Counted from the stretch's first letter, positions 8,356-17,141 are shown. The stretch is 64,000 bases of DNA from a virus (IMGVR_UViG_3300026078_000023:1-64000); one strand, 5' to 3'. Program-made: numbers and translations. The notes: generated by a model from the sequence alone, not told the origin.

Positions 8356-9053
8356 CTGACCCCAATGTACTTGTGGACCTGGACGGACAGGTAGTAACCG
8401 CGGCTCATGCACCACGCGAGGCAGCGCGCCGTGGCGGCCGGGTGCTGGGACAGGGGTTGCAGCCACACCGGGGTGCCCGGCTGGTGCCAGCCGCGCGCGA
8501 GCAGCTCCTCGAGGTCGGCCAGGTGGCGCTCGGTCGACGTCGGGTGCTTGATCTCGTCGGCCCTGGCCACCACCTCCTCGAGGACCTCGAGGCCGCCGGC
8601 CTGGCGGATCTTCGGGCTGAGCGTCACCCAGGTCCCCGGGGCCACGCGGAGCGGGCTCGTCCCGCTGGTCTCCACCTGCACCGCGAACCCGTCGTCCTGG
8701 AGCAGGCGGGAGATCGGGCGCAGGTCGTGGTCGGCCGGCTCGCCGCCCGTCAGGACCACCAGGCGCGCGCCGCCGGCCACCCGCCGCACCTCCGCGGCGA
8801 GCTCGGCCGCCGAGAGCCTGGCGTGCGTCGGGGCGTCGGACGCCTTCTTGACCAGGCTCGAGAGCGGGACCAGGTCGGCCTCGTCGGTCCTCCAGGTGTG
8901 CTTCGTGTCGCAGAAGGCGCAGCCGACGCGGCAGCCCTGGAGGCGGACGAACACCGCCGGCCTGCCGGCGTTGGTGGCCTCGCCCTGGACGGTCGCGAAC
9001 ACCTCGTTGACGAGGTACTCGGCCGGGCCTACCGGAAGAACGCAGCCCGGCAC
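8352..9053 (-). CDS. queE: 7-carboxy-7-deazaguanine synthase (radical SAM)
   Basis: NEVFATVQGE, FVRLQGCRVGCAFCDTK, LTGGEP, VETSGT, SPK, LSVQVHKY. Confidence 0.95.
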   Translation of the reverse strand: MPGCVLPVGPAEYLVNEVFATVQGEATNAGRPAVFVRLQGCRVGCAFCDTKHTWRTDEADLVPLSSLVKKASDAPTHARLSAAELAAEVRRVAGGARLVVLTGGEPADHDLRPISRLLQDDGFAVQVETSGTSPLRVAPGTWVTLSPKIRQAGGLEVLEEVVARADEIKHPTSTERHLADLEELLARGWHQPGTPVWLQPLSQHPAATARCLAWCMSRGYYLSVQVHKYIGVR

Positions 9054-9448
9054 TTGCGGGTCTCCTCGACGACCACGGCCTGCAGGACGACGCCCGTGCC
9101 GCGCAGCTGCTGGGGCCCCACGACCTCCACCAGGTACTGGGCCACGTTCTCGGCCGTCGGGTTGAACGGGACGACGACGACGGTCTCGTCCAGATTAGTG
9201 AGGTGCTCGCGCAACGGGTCGTCGCCCCACACCAGGAACCGGTGATCCCAGTGGTCCTCGAGCCACTGGCAGAGCGCCGTCTTCACCACCGAGAAGTCGA
9301 GCACGCGCCCGACCTCGTCGAGGATCGCCGAGCCCACCGTGAAGCGGACGCGGTAGTTGTGCCCGTGCAGGTTGCGGCACTTGCCCTCGTGCCCGACCAC
9401 GCGGTGGCCGACCGAGATGTCGTGGTAGCGCTCGATCGCGTACCCCAT
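9029..9448 (-). CDS. queD: 6-carboxytetrahydropterin synthase
   Basis: GHRVVGHEGKCRNLHGHNY, DF, WDHRFL, NPTAEN, EET; ATG at 9448. Confidence 0.95.
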   Translation of the reverse strand: MGYAIERYHDISVGHRVVGHEGKCRNLHGHNYRVRFTVGSAILDEVGRVLDFSVVKTALCQWLEDHWDHRFLVWGDDPLREHLTNLDETVVVVPFNPTAENVAQYLVEVVGPQQLRGTGVVLQAVVVEETRKCRAAFFR

Positions 9449-10110
9449 CACCTGCCCCCGTTGACGATGGTCATGAACTCGGCCCTGGCCTCCGGCTTGT
9501 TGAGCATCACCCCGCGGAGCACGCTGGTGGTCATCTCCGTCTCGTTGTCGCAGACGCCGCGCCAGCTGGTGCACATGTGCCCGGCGCGCACCAGGACCGC
9601 CAGGCCGCGCGGCTCGATGAGCCGCTCGAGGAGGTCGGCGAGCTGGACGGTGGCCTCCTCCTGGATCTGCGGGCGGGCCATCACCCAGGCCGCCAGGCGG
9701 GCGAACTTCGACAGGCCGATCACCCGCTCGCCGGGGACCACGCCGAACCAGGCCCGGCCGACGATGGGGACCAGGTGGTGAGAGCACATGGACCTGACCG
9801 ACACCGGGCCCACCGCGTAGAGCTCGTCGAGCTTCCTGGCGTTCGGGAAATCGGTCACCTTCGGCTGCGGCTCGTACCGCCCGCGCATGGCCTCCCTGAC
9901 CAGCATCTTGGCCACCCGGCGGGGCGTGTCCTCGGTGTTGTGGTCCCGCCCGATGACCAGGGCGTCGAGCAGGCCCCGCACGGCGACCTCCACGCCGGCC
10001 TGCAGCCGGTCGAGGTCGCCGTCCACCAGGTGGGCGGCGATGCTGTCGTTCGCCCCGCACGGGGCGCCGGCCTCGGCCAGGCGCCCGCGGAGCTCGTCGG
10101 CGAACTTCAC
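9448..10110 (-). CDS. folE: GTP cyclohydrolase I
   Basis: DTPRRVAK, SMCSHHLVP, GLSKFARL, RPQIQEE, HMCTSWRG, TTS. Confidence 0.95.
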   Translation of the reverse strand: MKFADELRGRLAEAGAPCGANDSIAAHLVDGDLDRLQAGVEVAVRGLLDALVIGRDHNTEDTPRRVAKMLVREAMRGRYEPQPKVTDFPNARKLDELYAVGPVSVRSMCSHHLVPIVGRAWFGVVPGERVIGLSKFARLAAWVMARPQIQEEATVQLADLLERLIEPRGLAVLVRAGHMCTSWRGVCDNETEMTTSVLRGVMLNKPEARAEFMTIVNGGR

Positions 10111-10775
10111 GCTGCGTACGCCAGCGGGTCAATCCCCCCCGCGCGCTCGAAGGCCTCCAGGCGCTCGCGGCACGAGCCGCACTTCCCGCAGGCCAGCTGC
10201 CCGCCCTCGTAGCAGGTCCAGGTGCTGGCGAACGGGACGCCGATCTCAAGCCCGCGGGCGACGATCTGGACCTTGGTCATTTCGGAGAACGGCGCCAGGA
10301 GGGCCATGTTCTCCTTGCGGTGCCCGATGGTCCCGAGGCGGAGCGCCTTCTCGAGGCTGTTCACGTATTCGGGCCGGCAGTCCGGGTAGATGAAGTGGTC
10401 GCCGGCGTGGACGCCGAGCGCGACCGCGTCGCACATCTCCGAGCAGGCGACGCCCCAGGCGATGGACAGCATGATCGTGTTCCGGTTGGGGACGACCGTC
10501 TGCCGCATGGTCTCGGCCTCGTAGTGCCCGTGCGGGACGGCGACGGCCGCATCCGTGAGCGCCGATCCCTTGAGCAGCGCCCCCAGCCACGACACGTCCA
10601 CCACCTGGTGGGGCATCTTCAGCGCGCGCGCGATCGCCGCGGCCGCCACGAGCTCGCGCTTGTGGCGCTGGCCGTAATCGAACGAGAGGGCTGACAGCTG
10701 GTGCCCCTCCCCGGTCAGGTGGTAGGCGAGCGTTGCGCTGTCGGCGCCGCCCGAGAGAATCACCATGGTCTTCAT
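10107..10775 (-). CDS. queC: 7-cyano-7-deazaguanine synthase
   Basis: SGGADS, FDYGQRH, VPNRN, YPDCR, TWTCY, CGKCGSCRER. Confidence 0.97.
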   Translation of the reverse strand: MKTMVILSGGADSATLAYHLTGEGHQLSALSFDYGQRHKRELVAAAAIARALKMPHQVVDVSWLGALLKGSALTDAAVAVPHGHYEAETMRQTVVPNRNTIMLSIAWGVACSEMCDAVALGVHAGDHFIYPDCRPEYVNSLEKALRLGTIGHRKENMALLAPFSEMTKVQIVARGLEIGVPFASTWTCYEGGQLACGKCGSCRERLEAFERAGGIDPLAYAA

Positions 10776-11259
10776 CGCGTCGTCCCCCTCTTAATTGCCG
10801 AGTCTAAACCCGTCGGCACCACGCCGTGGTTCCTCTTGAGCCAGTGCCGCTGCCAGCCGATGCCCCGCCCGGGGGTGTCCATGGCGCGGTTCAGCCACAG
10901 GAGGCCCGGGACGGCCTCGCGCAGGACGTCCGCGTAGGCCACGGGTCCGTAGAACACCACCAGGCCGGCGTCGACCAGGCCGAGCGCACGCGCCTGAGCG
11001 CGCACGCGGTCGAGGGTGACGGTGCCGCCCCCCCCCCCATGACCACGTCGTAGCGCCGGATGCGGTCTGTGCACCGGATCAGGCCGTATTTCGCGGACAG
11101 GATGAACACGCGGCCCTGCGGCGCCACCGACTTCGCCCACGCGAGCGACATGGTGAACATCGACCCCCGGTAGAGCTGCCACGCCGGCACCGGAGCCGGG
11201 CCAGGGAGCTTCTTCTTCCCGCAGGCCAGGACCACCGACACCGGCGCACCCTCAGGCAC
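10772..11259 (-). pseudogene. DUF6884/YaaA-like gene frameshifted at a G11 tract (11028-11038); possibly phase-variable
   Basis: 5' frame has VVLACGKKK, LYRGSMF, ILSAKYGLI, RYDVVM. A second frame continues GTVTL...GRGIGWQRHWL and its TGA overlaps the queC ATG. G12 or G9 would fuse them (about 162 aa). Confidence 0.75.
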
Positions 11260-12091
11260 GCCGCTCGTCCTCGTACCCGGCGAGCAGGAGCGTCAAGACG
11301 TCCTCGGACCCGGCCGCATTGAACATGAGGGTGCCGAGGTTGCTCGAGATCTGATCCGACAGGCGGACGGCGCTCCGCGCGCTGAGCGCGCGGGCCAGGC
11401 ACCGTTGCCCCGGCTGCCAGGCGGCCTCCTTGGCCAGGGCGCGCGGGTCGACGCCGTAGGATTCGATCGCGTCGTGCAGGGCCGCCGGGACCTTCTTCGC
11501 GAAGGTCTCCTTCTTGAACTGTCGGACGCGCCCGCGCCCGAGGTACAGGGTCAGGACGCAGTAGCGGGGGACGTTGTCCCACGTCGAGCTGTCGCACATG
11601 TACGGGCGGTAGTGCTTGAGGAACTCGACGTCGGTGAACCCCAGCCAGTGGACCCGGCGCTTGCCGACGTGCTTCATGATCCCGTTCACGAAGCCGCGGT
11701 TCCCTGGCGTCCCGACGAGCCCGCCCACGCCGACGACGTCGCTGGTCCGGTAGTAGTCCTCGAGGACCGACAGGTCCTCGCCGCGCGTGAAGATGGGGAC
11801 CGGCTTGAACCCGCGCTTGAGCATGAGCTCGTAGTTGCGGAGCGTCCCCTTCGGGTCGCCGACGACGTCGAGGGCGAAGTATCGCCAGGGCGGGAACGGC
11901 ATGCCCTCGATGAACCGGCAGTAGTCGTCGACGGCGATCTTCTTGCCGGCCTTCCAGGCGGTGAAGGCCCCCGAATCGAGGAGGAACCTGACCTTCTCTC
12001 GGTTGGCGGCGACCAACTCGGTCACCGCCTTGGTCATGTACGGGTAGGCGACCAGCAGGTTGAGGAGCGGGGCTGAATCCCGCTGGCTCAA
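11252..12091 (-). CDS. dpdA: DpdA-like DNA 7-deazaguanine transglycosylase (TGT fold)
   Basis: FLLDSGAFTAW, ALDVVGDP, PVPIF, GVGGLV, VHWLGFT, CDSSTW; adjacent to preQ0 synthesis genes. Confidence 0.85.
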   Translation of the reverse strand: MSQRDSAPLLNLLVAYPYMTKAVTELVAANREKVRFLLDSGAFTAWKAGKKIAVDDYCRFIEGMPFPPWRYFALDVVGDPKGTLRNYELMLKRGFKPVPIFTRGEDLSVLEDYYRTSDVVGVGGLVGTPGNRGFVNGIMKHVGKRRVHWLGFTDVEFLKHYRPYMCDSSTWDNVPRYCVLTLYLGRGRVRQFKKETFAKKVPAALHDAIESYGVDPRALAKEAAWQPGQRCLARALSARSAVRLSDQISSNLGTLMFNAAGSEDVLTLLLAGYEDERRA

Positions 12092-12735
12092 CCGACCCGC
12101 ACCTTCGGGAATTTCGCGACCGCCGCCTCGACCGCCTTCAGGACCTTGGCCTTGGCCGACTGGGGGCAGAACACGACGACCCGGGCGAGGATGCCGTCCG
12201 TGTTCGAACCGTGGCCCCGGATCGCCGTGATGTCGCTGTCCCAGCCGCGCGCCAGCGCCGCGGCGTCGTCCGCGCTCCAGCCGACCGCCAGCAGGGCGTC
12301 GTCCCCGCCCTTGGCGATCCCGGCCAGCATCGGACCCAGGACCGAGTCATCCCAGCCGCCGAGCTCGACCAGGCGGTTGTCGGCGAGCAGGTACGCCTCC
12401 GCCTCCTCTTCGCTGTCGAAGGCCATCCCGACCACGACCGGGATCTTCCACTCACCGTCAGGGTCGACGACGATCCCGCGGGGGACCTTACCCGGCGTCT
12501 CGGACTTGATGAGCTCGACGGCCTCCTTGCGGCCGTGGCCGGCGGCGATCCGGCCGGTGGCGGCGTCCTCGAGCGGCGGGGCCCGGAACCCCCACCGGCG
12601 GATGCTGGCCATGAGGGCGGGGACGTCGTGGAGCTTCGGGTTGCGCCTGGCCGGCTTGATGTCCGGAAGGCGCTTGTACTCGATCCTGGCCTGCTGGTCA
12701 GCCGCCGGAGCGGCCGCGGTCTTCGCCTTCGCCAT
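12088..12735 (-). CDS. ParB/Srx-like N-terminal domain protein
   Basis: RNPKLHD, SIRRWGF, IAAGHGR.EA, YLLADNRL; ATG at 12735. Confidence 0.8.
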   Translation of the reverse strand: MAKAKTAAAPAADQQARIEYKRLPDIKPARRNPKLHDVPALMASIRRWGFRAPPLEDAATGRIAAGHGRKEAVELIKSETPGKVPRGIVVDPDGEWKIPVVVGMAFDSEEEAEAYLLADNRLVELGGWDDSVLGPMLAGIAKGGDDALLAVGWSADDAAALARGWDSDITAIRGHGSNTDGILARVVVFCPQSAKAKVLKAVEAAVAKFPKVRVG

Positions 12736-13009
12736 GGGATGAGACGGTATCACGACCTGACAGCTTCCCGCCGGTTCGGGCGGTGAACAGCACCGCGCCT
12801 CGTTCCGGAACATTCGCGATCGCCATCGAGACGTCGTAGTACCCGCCTTTCGCCGACTCCTGAACCTGAAACGTCAGCCGCCCACCTCCCTCGAGGTAGA
12901 TCTCCACGTCCTGGAGCGGCGCGCCTCCGGCGGACCGGCCGCCCGAGTGCAGGTCGACGCTGACGATCACCTGACCGTTCAAGATGTTCGAGACCTCGCG
13001 GCTGGTCAC
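12698..13009 (-). CDS. hypothetical protein
   Basis: GTG start overlapping the upstream TGA. Confidence 0.5.
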   Translation of the reverse strand: MTSREVSNILNGQVIVSVDLHSGGRSAGGAPLQDVEIYLEGGGRLTFQVQESAKGGYYDVSMAIANVPERGAVLFTARTGGKLSGRDTVSSHGEGEDRGRSGG

Positions 13010-13335
13010 GTCGCCCTCGCCACGCGCACGGCCAGGTGGTACAGGCGATGGTGACCGAAGTCGCCGACGTCGCACTCGCTGGCGTGTTTCCCGCGGATGT
13101 CGAGGCGCGCGTCGACCAGCTCGCCGGCCACGAGCTCGCTCCCGCTGACCTTCACGTCTTCCGCGCTGTTCACCCGGACGTGGACCCAGTATTCACCGTC
13201 GGTGGTGCGGACCACGTCGACGTCGCCGCCCGGGAAGGCGATCCGGACGTGCTCCGGCTCGGGGTTGCGCTTGTCTCCGCGCAGGCGGATCCCCTGGACC
13301 ACGTCACCCATGTGCTCGATCTTCAGCGTCTTCAT
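13006..13335 (-). CDS. hypothetical protein
   Basis: MKTLKIEH start with AGGAG RBS. Confidence 0.65.
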   Translation of the reverse strand: MKTLKIEHMGDVVQGIRLRGDKRNPEPEHVRIAFPGGDVDVVRTTDGEYWVHVRVNSAEDVKVSGSELVAGELVDARLDIRGKHASECDVGDFGHHRLYHLAVRVARAT

Positions 13336-13345
13336 TGGTTGGCTC

Positions 13346-13972
13346 CTAAAAGGGGATGTCCCCGAGGTCGTCGTCGATCCCGTTGCTCGGATCAGGGTCC
13401 GGGACATCGCGCTTGTTGTCCTGGGCGAACGACTCGTAGTCGACGGCGTCGCCGCGGTACCCGGAGCGCGCGTCGTCCCCGATCCTGGGGCCGCGCTCTC
13501 GCCCCGCCGGCGCCCGAGCGGCGTCCTGCCTGCCTCCGACGCGCTCGCCAGACCAGCCCTTGGCCTCGGCGATCCACTTGCGCAACCACAGGTCGCCGCG
13601 GTCGCCGTCGCCCTGGACCGGGCTGCCCGGGGCGATCCCGCGCAGCGGCACCCACTCCACCTTGCCGTCTGGCAGGCGCACCTGGATCGCCTTGGCGCTC
13701 GACCGGAGGACGACGGCGTCGCGCATGACGACGTGCTCCTCCGCAGGTTCCGACGCCCACCTGTCGGCGAGCCAGGCGGTGATCTCGAGGGTGAACGGCG
13801 TCTCGTCGTCTGGGAAGTCCTGCCAGGGCGGCACCTGCTGCCGGCTGACGAACTTCTCGCGCCCGTCCGGCAGGCGGCAGAGCACGCTGACCTCCTGCTT
13901 CTCCAGCGGGCGCTTGTCGATGGCGACCACGCCCTCGAACGTCACCAGCTCGTCTCCGTCTCGGTATGCCAT
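13346..13972 (-). CDS. two-repeat beta-domain protein with an SSB-like acidic tail
   Basis: RLPDGREKFV...LEITAWLAD and RLPDGKVEWV...LWLRKWIAE repeats; ends DDDLGDIPF. Confidence 0.65.
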   Translation of the reverse strand: MAYRDGDELVTFEGVVAIDKRPLEKQEVSVLCRLPDGREKFVSRQQVPPWQDFPDDETPFTLEITAWLADRWASEPAEEHVVMRDAVVLRSSAKAIQVRLPDGKVEWVPLRGIAPGSPVQGDGDRGDLWLRKWIAEAKGWSGERVGGRQDAARAPAGRERGPRIGDDARSGYRGDAVDYESFAQDNKRDVPDPDPSNGIDDDLGDIPF

Positions 13973-13979
13973 CTGTCGT

Positions 13980-14216
13980 TCACCTCGTGAGTGCGATCTT
14001 GCGCAGGACAGCCCGGCGCGCGCGGCCGCGGCAGTCGCCGCAGGCCCACGTCATGCCGAGGAAGGAGACAGGGTCGGCTGCCCGGTGCTCTGGGTCCTCG
14101 ACACCGCAGGCGGCGATCCCGGAGAACACGAAAGGCGTCCAGTGCGCCCGCGGCTGCTCGGACGGAGGCGGGGGCGGCGGCGCGCGCCGGAACAGCTTCT
14201 TGAGCCAGGCGACCAC
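13980..14216 (-). CDS. hypothetical protein
   Basis: VVAWLKKLFRR...CGDC; GGAGAGG RBS. Confidence 0.5.
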   Translation of the reverse strand: MVAWLKKLFRRAPPPPPPSEQPRAHWTPFVFSGIAACGVEDPEHRAADPVSFLGMTWACGDCRGRARRAVLRKIALTR

Positions 14217-14217
14217 G

Positions 14218-14487
14218 TCACCTCTCCGTCGTGACGAGCACGTGCCCGCACTTGCAGCTGTAGCCGGTGATGAACACGTCGCCGGTGTCGCCGACGTACG
14301 CGCCGTTTTCCCCCAGGTCGACGTCGTCACCCGAGAACGTCACGAGCTGCATCGCGCCGATGACCTCGTGCTCGCGCAGCGTGGTCTGGTTGCCGGCGCC
14401 GCCGATCTTCCCCTCGCACCCTGGGCACTCCCCCGGCAGGTCGACCTCGACCTCCTCGAAGACCAACTTCTCGATTTTGACCTTCAT
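14218..14487 (-). CDS. Zn-ribbon hypothetical protein
   Basis: CPGC...CKCG. Confidence 0.65.
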   Translation of the reverse strand: MKVKIEKLVFEEVEVDLPGECPGCEGKIGGAGNQTTLREHEVIGAMQLVTFSGDDVDLGENGAYVGDTGDVFITGYSCKCGHVLVTTER

Positions 14488-14505
14488 GACCTACGTGTTG
14501 GCCGG
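14488..14505 (-). promoter_or_regulatory. CCGGCCAACA motif, copy 3 (leaderless)
   Basis: CCGGCCAACA-CGTAGGTC-ATG(14487). Confidence 0.7.
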
Positions 14506-14805
14506 CGGGAGCGGCTCCCCGGTCGCGGCCACCTCCTCGACGACGTACTCGCCGCCGAGCGGCGGGATGCTCTGCCGGCGCCAGTCCCCGTTGTAGTGCA
14601 GCTTGTGCTCGTCGTGCCAGCGCTTGTAGACCGCTTCCGCGGTGTCTCCGGGCGACACCCAGATCATGATCGCGTTCCACAGGAACAAGACGCGTCCGCC
14701 GGTCCGACTGGCCACCCGCACGACCACGTCGCACTGGAGATCGAGCGTGTGGAAGCTGGTCGGTTCGTAGATGGGTACGCGGTGGAGATCGCCTTCTTTT
14801 TCCAT
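14491..14805 (-). CDS. hypothetical protein
   Basis: MEKEGDLHRV start with GAGGGGG RBS. Confidence 0.55.
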   Translation of the reverse strand: MEKEGDLHRVPIYEPTSFHTLDLQCDVVVRVASRTGGRVLFLWNAIMIWVSPGDTAEAVYKRWHDEHKLHYNGDWRRQSIPPLGGEYVVEEVAATGEPLPPANT

Positions 14806-14823
14806 GGATGCCCCCTCGGGTGG

Positions 14824-14834
14824 GTGTTGGCCGG
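14824..14834 (-). promoter_or_regulatory. CCGGCCAACA motif, copy 4
   Basis: TGA-CCGGCCAACACCCACCCGAGGGGGCATCC-ATG, directly after the methylase stop. Confidence 0.65.
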
Positions 14835-15497
14835 TCAGTCGAACAGGCTGGTCTGTGCCGGCAGGAGCAGGGGCCCCCTCTGCAGCCACTTGCGCGACCG
14901 CTCCTCCTTGGGGGTCGACGCGAGGATGTAGTTGTCTCCGCGCGTCCGCTCGCCTGGGTGCCAGACCATCCAGGCGTTCCCCTCGCTGTCGCCGTTGCCG
15001 GCGTAGAACGACACCCGGTTGGGGATGACGTAGACGTCCGGGACGTGCCTGTACATGAAGTCCCAGCGCTTGTCGGACGCCATGAACCCGAGCTGCATCA
15101 GGAACGCGACCTGCGCCATCGGGTAGAGCTCGCGCGCGCGCACCAAGATCTCGAACGCCTCGTCGTACGCAGGGTTCCCCAGGACCAGGCCGACGTCGTG
15201 GCGCGGCTGGAGCAGCCACTCGTCCAGGAAGTCCCCGATCACCACCTCGGCGCCGGTGGCCTCCAGGCTCTCGCGCTCCTCGCCGCGGACCTCCACCGCC
15301 AGCCACCGGTAGCCCGGGAGGTACGGCTGGGCCGCGCGGATGATCATCCCGCGGCCGGCGCCGGGCTCGACGATGAGCCCCTGCTGCGGCGTGCACGCCG
15401 GCCGGTACACCTCGAGGAACCGGTCGACGGTCCACTTCGGCGATTCGTAGAAGTCCTCCGGGCCGCCGAGGCGTGGTCCGCGTCCGGTCGCGCTCAC
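14835..15497 (-). CDS. phage DNA amino-methyltransferase (N6-A/N4-C type)
   Basis: EDFYESP.W, VEPGAGRG (SAM binding), GDFL, GNPAY (NPPY variant), RVSF, AWMVW. Confidence 0.75.
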   Translation of the reverse strand: MSATGRGPRLGGPEDFYESPKWTVDRFLEVYRPACTPQQGLIVEPGAGRGMIIRAAQPYLPGYRWLAVEVRGEERESLEATGAEVVIGDFLDEWLLQPRHDVGLVLGNPAYDEAFEILVRARELYPMAQVAFLMQLGFMASDKRWDFMYRHVPDVYVIPNRVSFYAGNGDSEGNAWMVWHPGERTRGDNYILASTPKEERSRKWLQRGPLLLPAQTSLFD

Positions 15498-16483
15498 GCG
15501 TCCAGTCCGATCGTGAACTTGATCCGGTCGACGGCCACGTTCACGGCCTTGAGGACCTCGACGTCGCCGCCGCGGTCCGGGTGATTCTCCAGCGCGATCC
15601 GCCGGTGGGCCGCTTTCACCGCCTCGAACGAGGCCCCCGGCTGGAGGCCGAGCTTCGCGTAATCAGCCGCCGACGCCACCTCCTGGCGGACCCGCCTCGC
15701 CTGCCGCGGCTCCTCACCCCTGAAGTCGAAGCGGAACCCGGGGGCGAACCCGCCGCCCTTTGTGAAGCGGACCCGGTGGGCGCGGAAGAAATCCTCGAAC
15801 CCATTGAACCGTGGCCCGGGGGGCTCCTGGACCGGGTTGCGCGGGCACCCGTCGGCGTGCTGGTTCTTGTCGCGCCGCCACTGCTCGCACTTGCACCTCA
15901 GGGCGCACTTCGGCTCGCACGGCTCGGTCCGCGGCTTCAGGCACCCCTGGCACGCCCAGCCCCCGAATACGCGGGCGGCGTACGCGTACCTGGGGCAGGC
16001 TCCGCGGTGGACCATGCCCGGGGACCACTCCCCGCACGCGCACGCCGGGGGGTCGAACTGCGGCCGCGGGACCGCGCCGTTTGCCCCAGGCGCGGCGTTC
16101 TCTCCCCGGCCGGAAGACGGTCCCGCCGCCGGCGCCCGCGCCCCGCCTGGGGCGTCTCCTGCGGCGTGGGGGCCTGGTCCGCCGAAGGTCTTCGGCCAGG
16201 CGGTCCCGACGCCGGTCCGCCAGGCGTCGGCGATCCGGCGCCCGAGGGCGGCGTCCCGGCGGACCTGGACGACGTGCCCCCCGGACGACGTCTCCAGGCG
16301 GGCGACCAGCTCGTCGACCTTGTTCGACTCGACGAACCAGACCTTCAGCTCCTTGTCCCACCAGCGCGCCCGCGCCGGCTGCGTGGCCTTGATCTCGGCG
16401 ACCAGGCCGGGGTTGTAGTCGAAGGAGAACGCGCCGGCCGTGACGCCGTTGCGCCGGACCAGGGACAGCCTGACGGTGACCAT
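15494..16483 (-). CDS. J-domain (DnaJ-like) protein with a HARP-like N-terminus and Cys-rich middle
   Basis: C-term YAKLGL...VKAAHRRIALENHPDRGG...AVN.A; N-term FDYNPGLVAEIK...RWWDKELKVW. Confidence 0.75.
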   Translation of the reverse strand: MVTVRLSLVRRNGVTAGAFSFDYNPGLVAEIKATQPARARWWDKELKVWFVESNKVDELVARLETSSGGHVVQVRRDAALGRRIADAWRTGVGTAWPKTFGGPGPHAAGDAPGGARAPAAGPSSGRGENAAPGANGAVPRPQFDPPACACGEWSPGMVHRGACPRYAYAARVFGGWACQGCLKPRTEPCEPKCALRCKCEQWRRDKNQHADGCPRNPVQEPPGPRFNGFEDFFRAHRVRFTKGGGFAPGFRFDFRGEEPRQARRVRQEVASAADYAKLGLQPGASFEAVKAAHRRIALENHPDRGGDVEVLKAVNVAVDRIKFTIGLDA

Positions 16484-16947
16484 CACCCGACCGCTGCCGC
16501 GCGCACGAGCCGCTCGAACCGGTGCCGGTCGGTCTCGACCAGGCGCCAGGCGCGGTCCGACACGAGGACCATGGCCCCGACCGCGTCGGCCGTGAGGCCG
16601 CGCCGGGCGCACAGCTCGGCCAGGGACTGGAAGTCGACCAGCACCGCCTCGTCCTCGTCGGTCGGGCACTGCTCGAGCTCGTGGTCCACCAGGGACGTGG
16701 CGGTGGCGTCGTCCAGGGCGGTCGCCACCAGGACGCCGGCCCGGAAGGCGCGCAGGACGTGGTCTCTCCCGCAGCGCACCGTGACGCCGCGGTAGGTGAC
16801 GCGCTCGCCCGGCATCAGCGCGGACGACGGCGCCGGCGGGGTCTCCGGGGCGCCCATTTCGGCCGCGACGTGCAACTCGGCGCGTTCGACCGCGCGCTGC
16901 GCGTCGGCGTTGTCCTCGGCGATCCGGTCGCGGTCCCAGGGGTTCAC
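16483..16947 (-). CDS. hypothetical protein
   Basis: GTG start overlapping the upstream TGA. Confidence 0.55.
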   Translation of the reverse strand: MNPWDRDRIAEDNADAQRAVERAELHVAAEMGAPETPPAPSSALMPGERVTYRGVTVRCGRDHVLRAFRAGVLVATALDDATATSLVDHELEQCPTDEDEAVLVDFQSLAELCARRGLTADAVGAMVLVSDRAWRLVETDRHRFERLVRAAAVG

Positions 16948-17033
16948 GGCGAGCACCCGAAGATCCCGAGCGCCCCGGCCAGGAGCACGACGGCGGCCCA
17001 GATGAAGTTCGCTCTGCTGTCCTCTCGGAACAT
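16944..17033 (-). CDS. 29-aa membrane peptide
   Basis: MFREDSRANFIWAAVVLLAGALGIFGCSP; strong GGGAGG RBS. Confidence 0.5.
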   Translation of the reverse strand: MFREDSRANFIWAAVVLLAGALGIFGCSP

Positions 17034-17097
17034 GGTGGTCCTCCCTTGGTCTGTCGCGCCCCGGTAGTCGATCGAGCGCCGGGGCCCCGCCCGTGGG

Positions 17098-17141
17098 GTG
17101 TTGGCCTCCGGATCGTACCGTAACGAAACGCTGGCGCAAAT
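17098..17141 (-). promoter_or_regulatory. sigma70-like promoter with TTTCGTTACGGTA box, plus a degenerate GGCCAACAC copy
   Basis: TTTGCG-17-TACGAT; box at 17116-17128 shared with 43245 and 44506; GAGGCCAACAC at 17098-17108. Confidence 0.65.

Noticed and set aside
9029-10249. 406-aa ORF as an extended QueD fusion
   Set aside because: The upstream part overlaps folE and queC in another frame; the true start is the ATG at 9448
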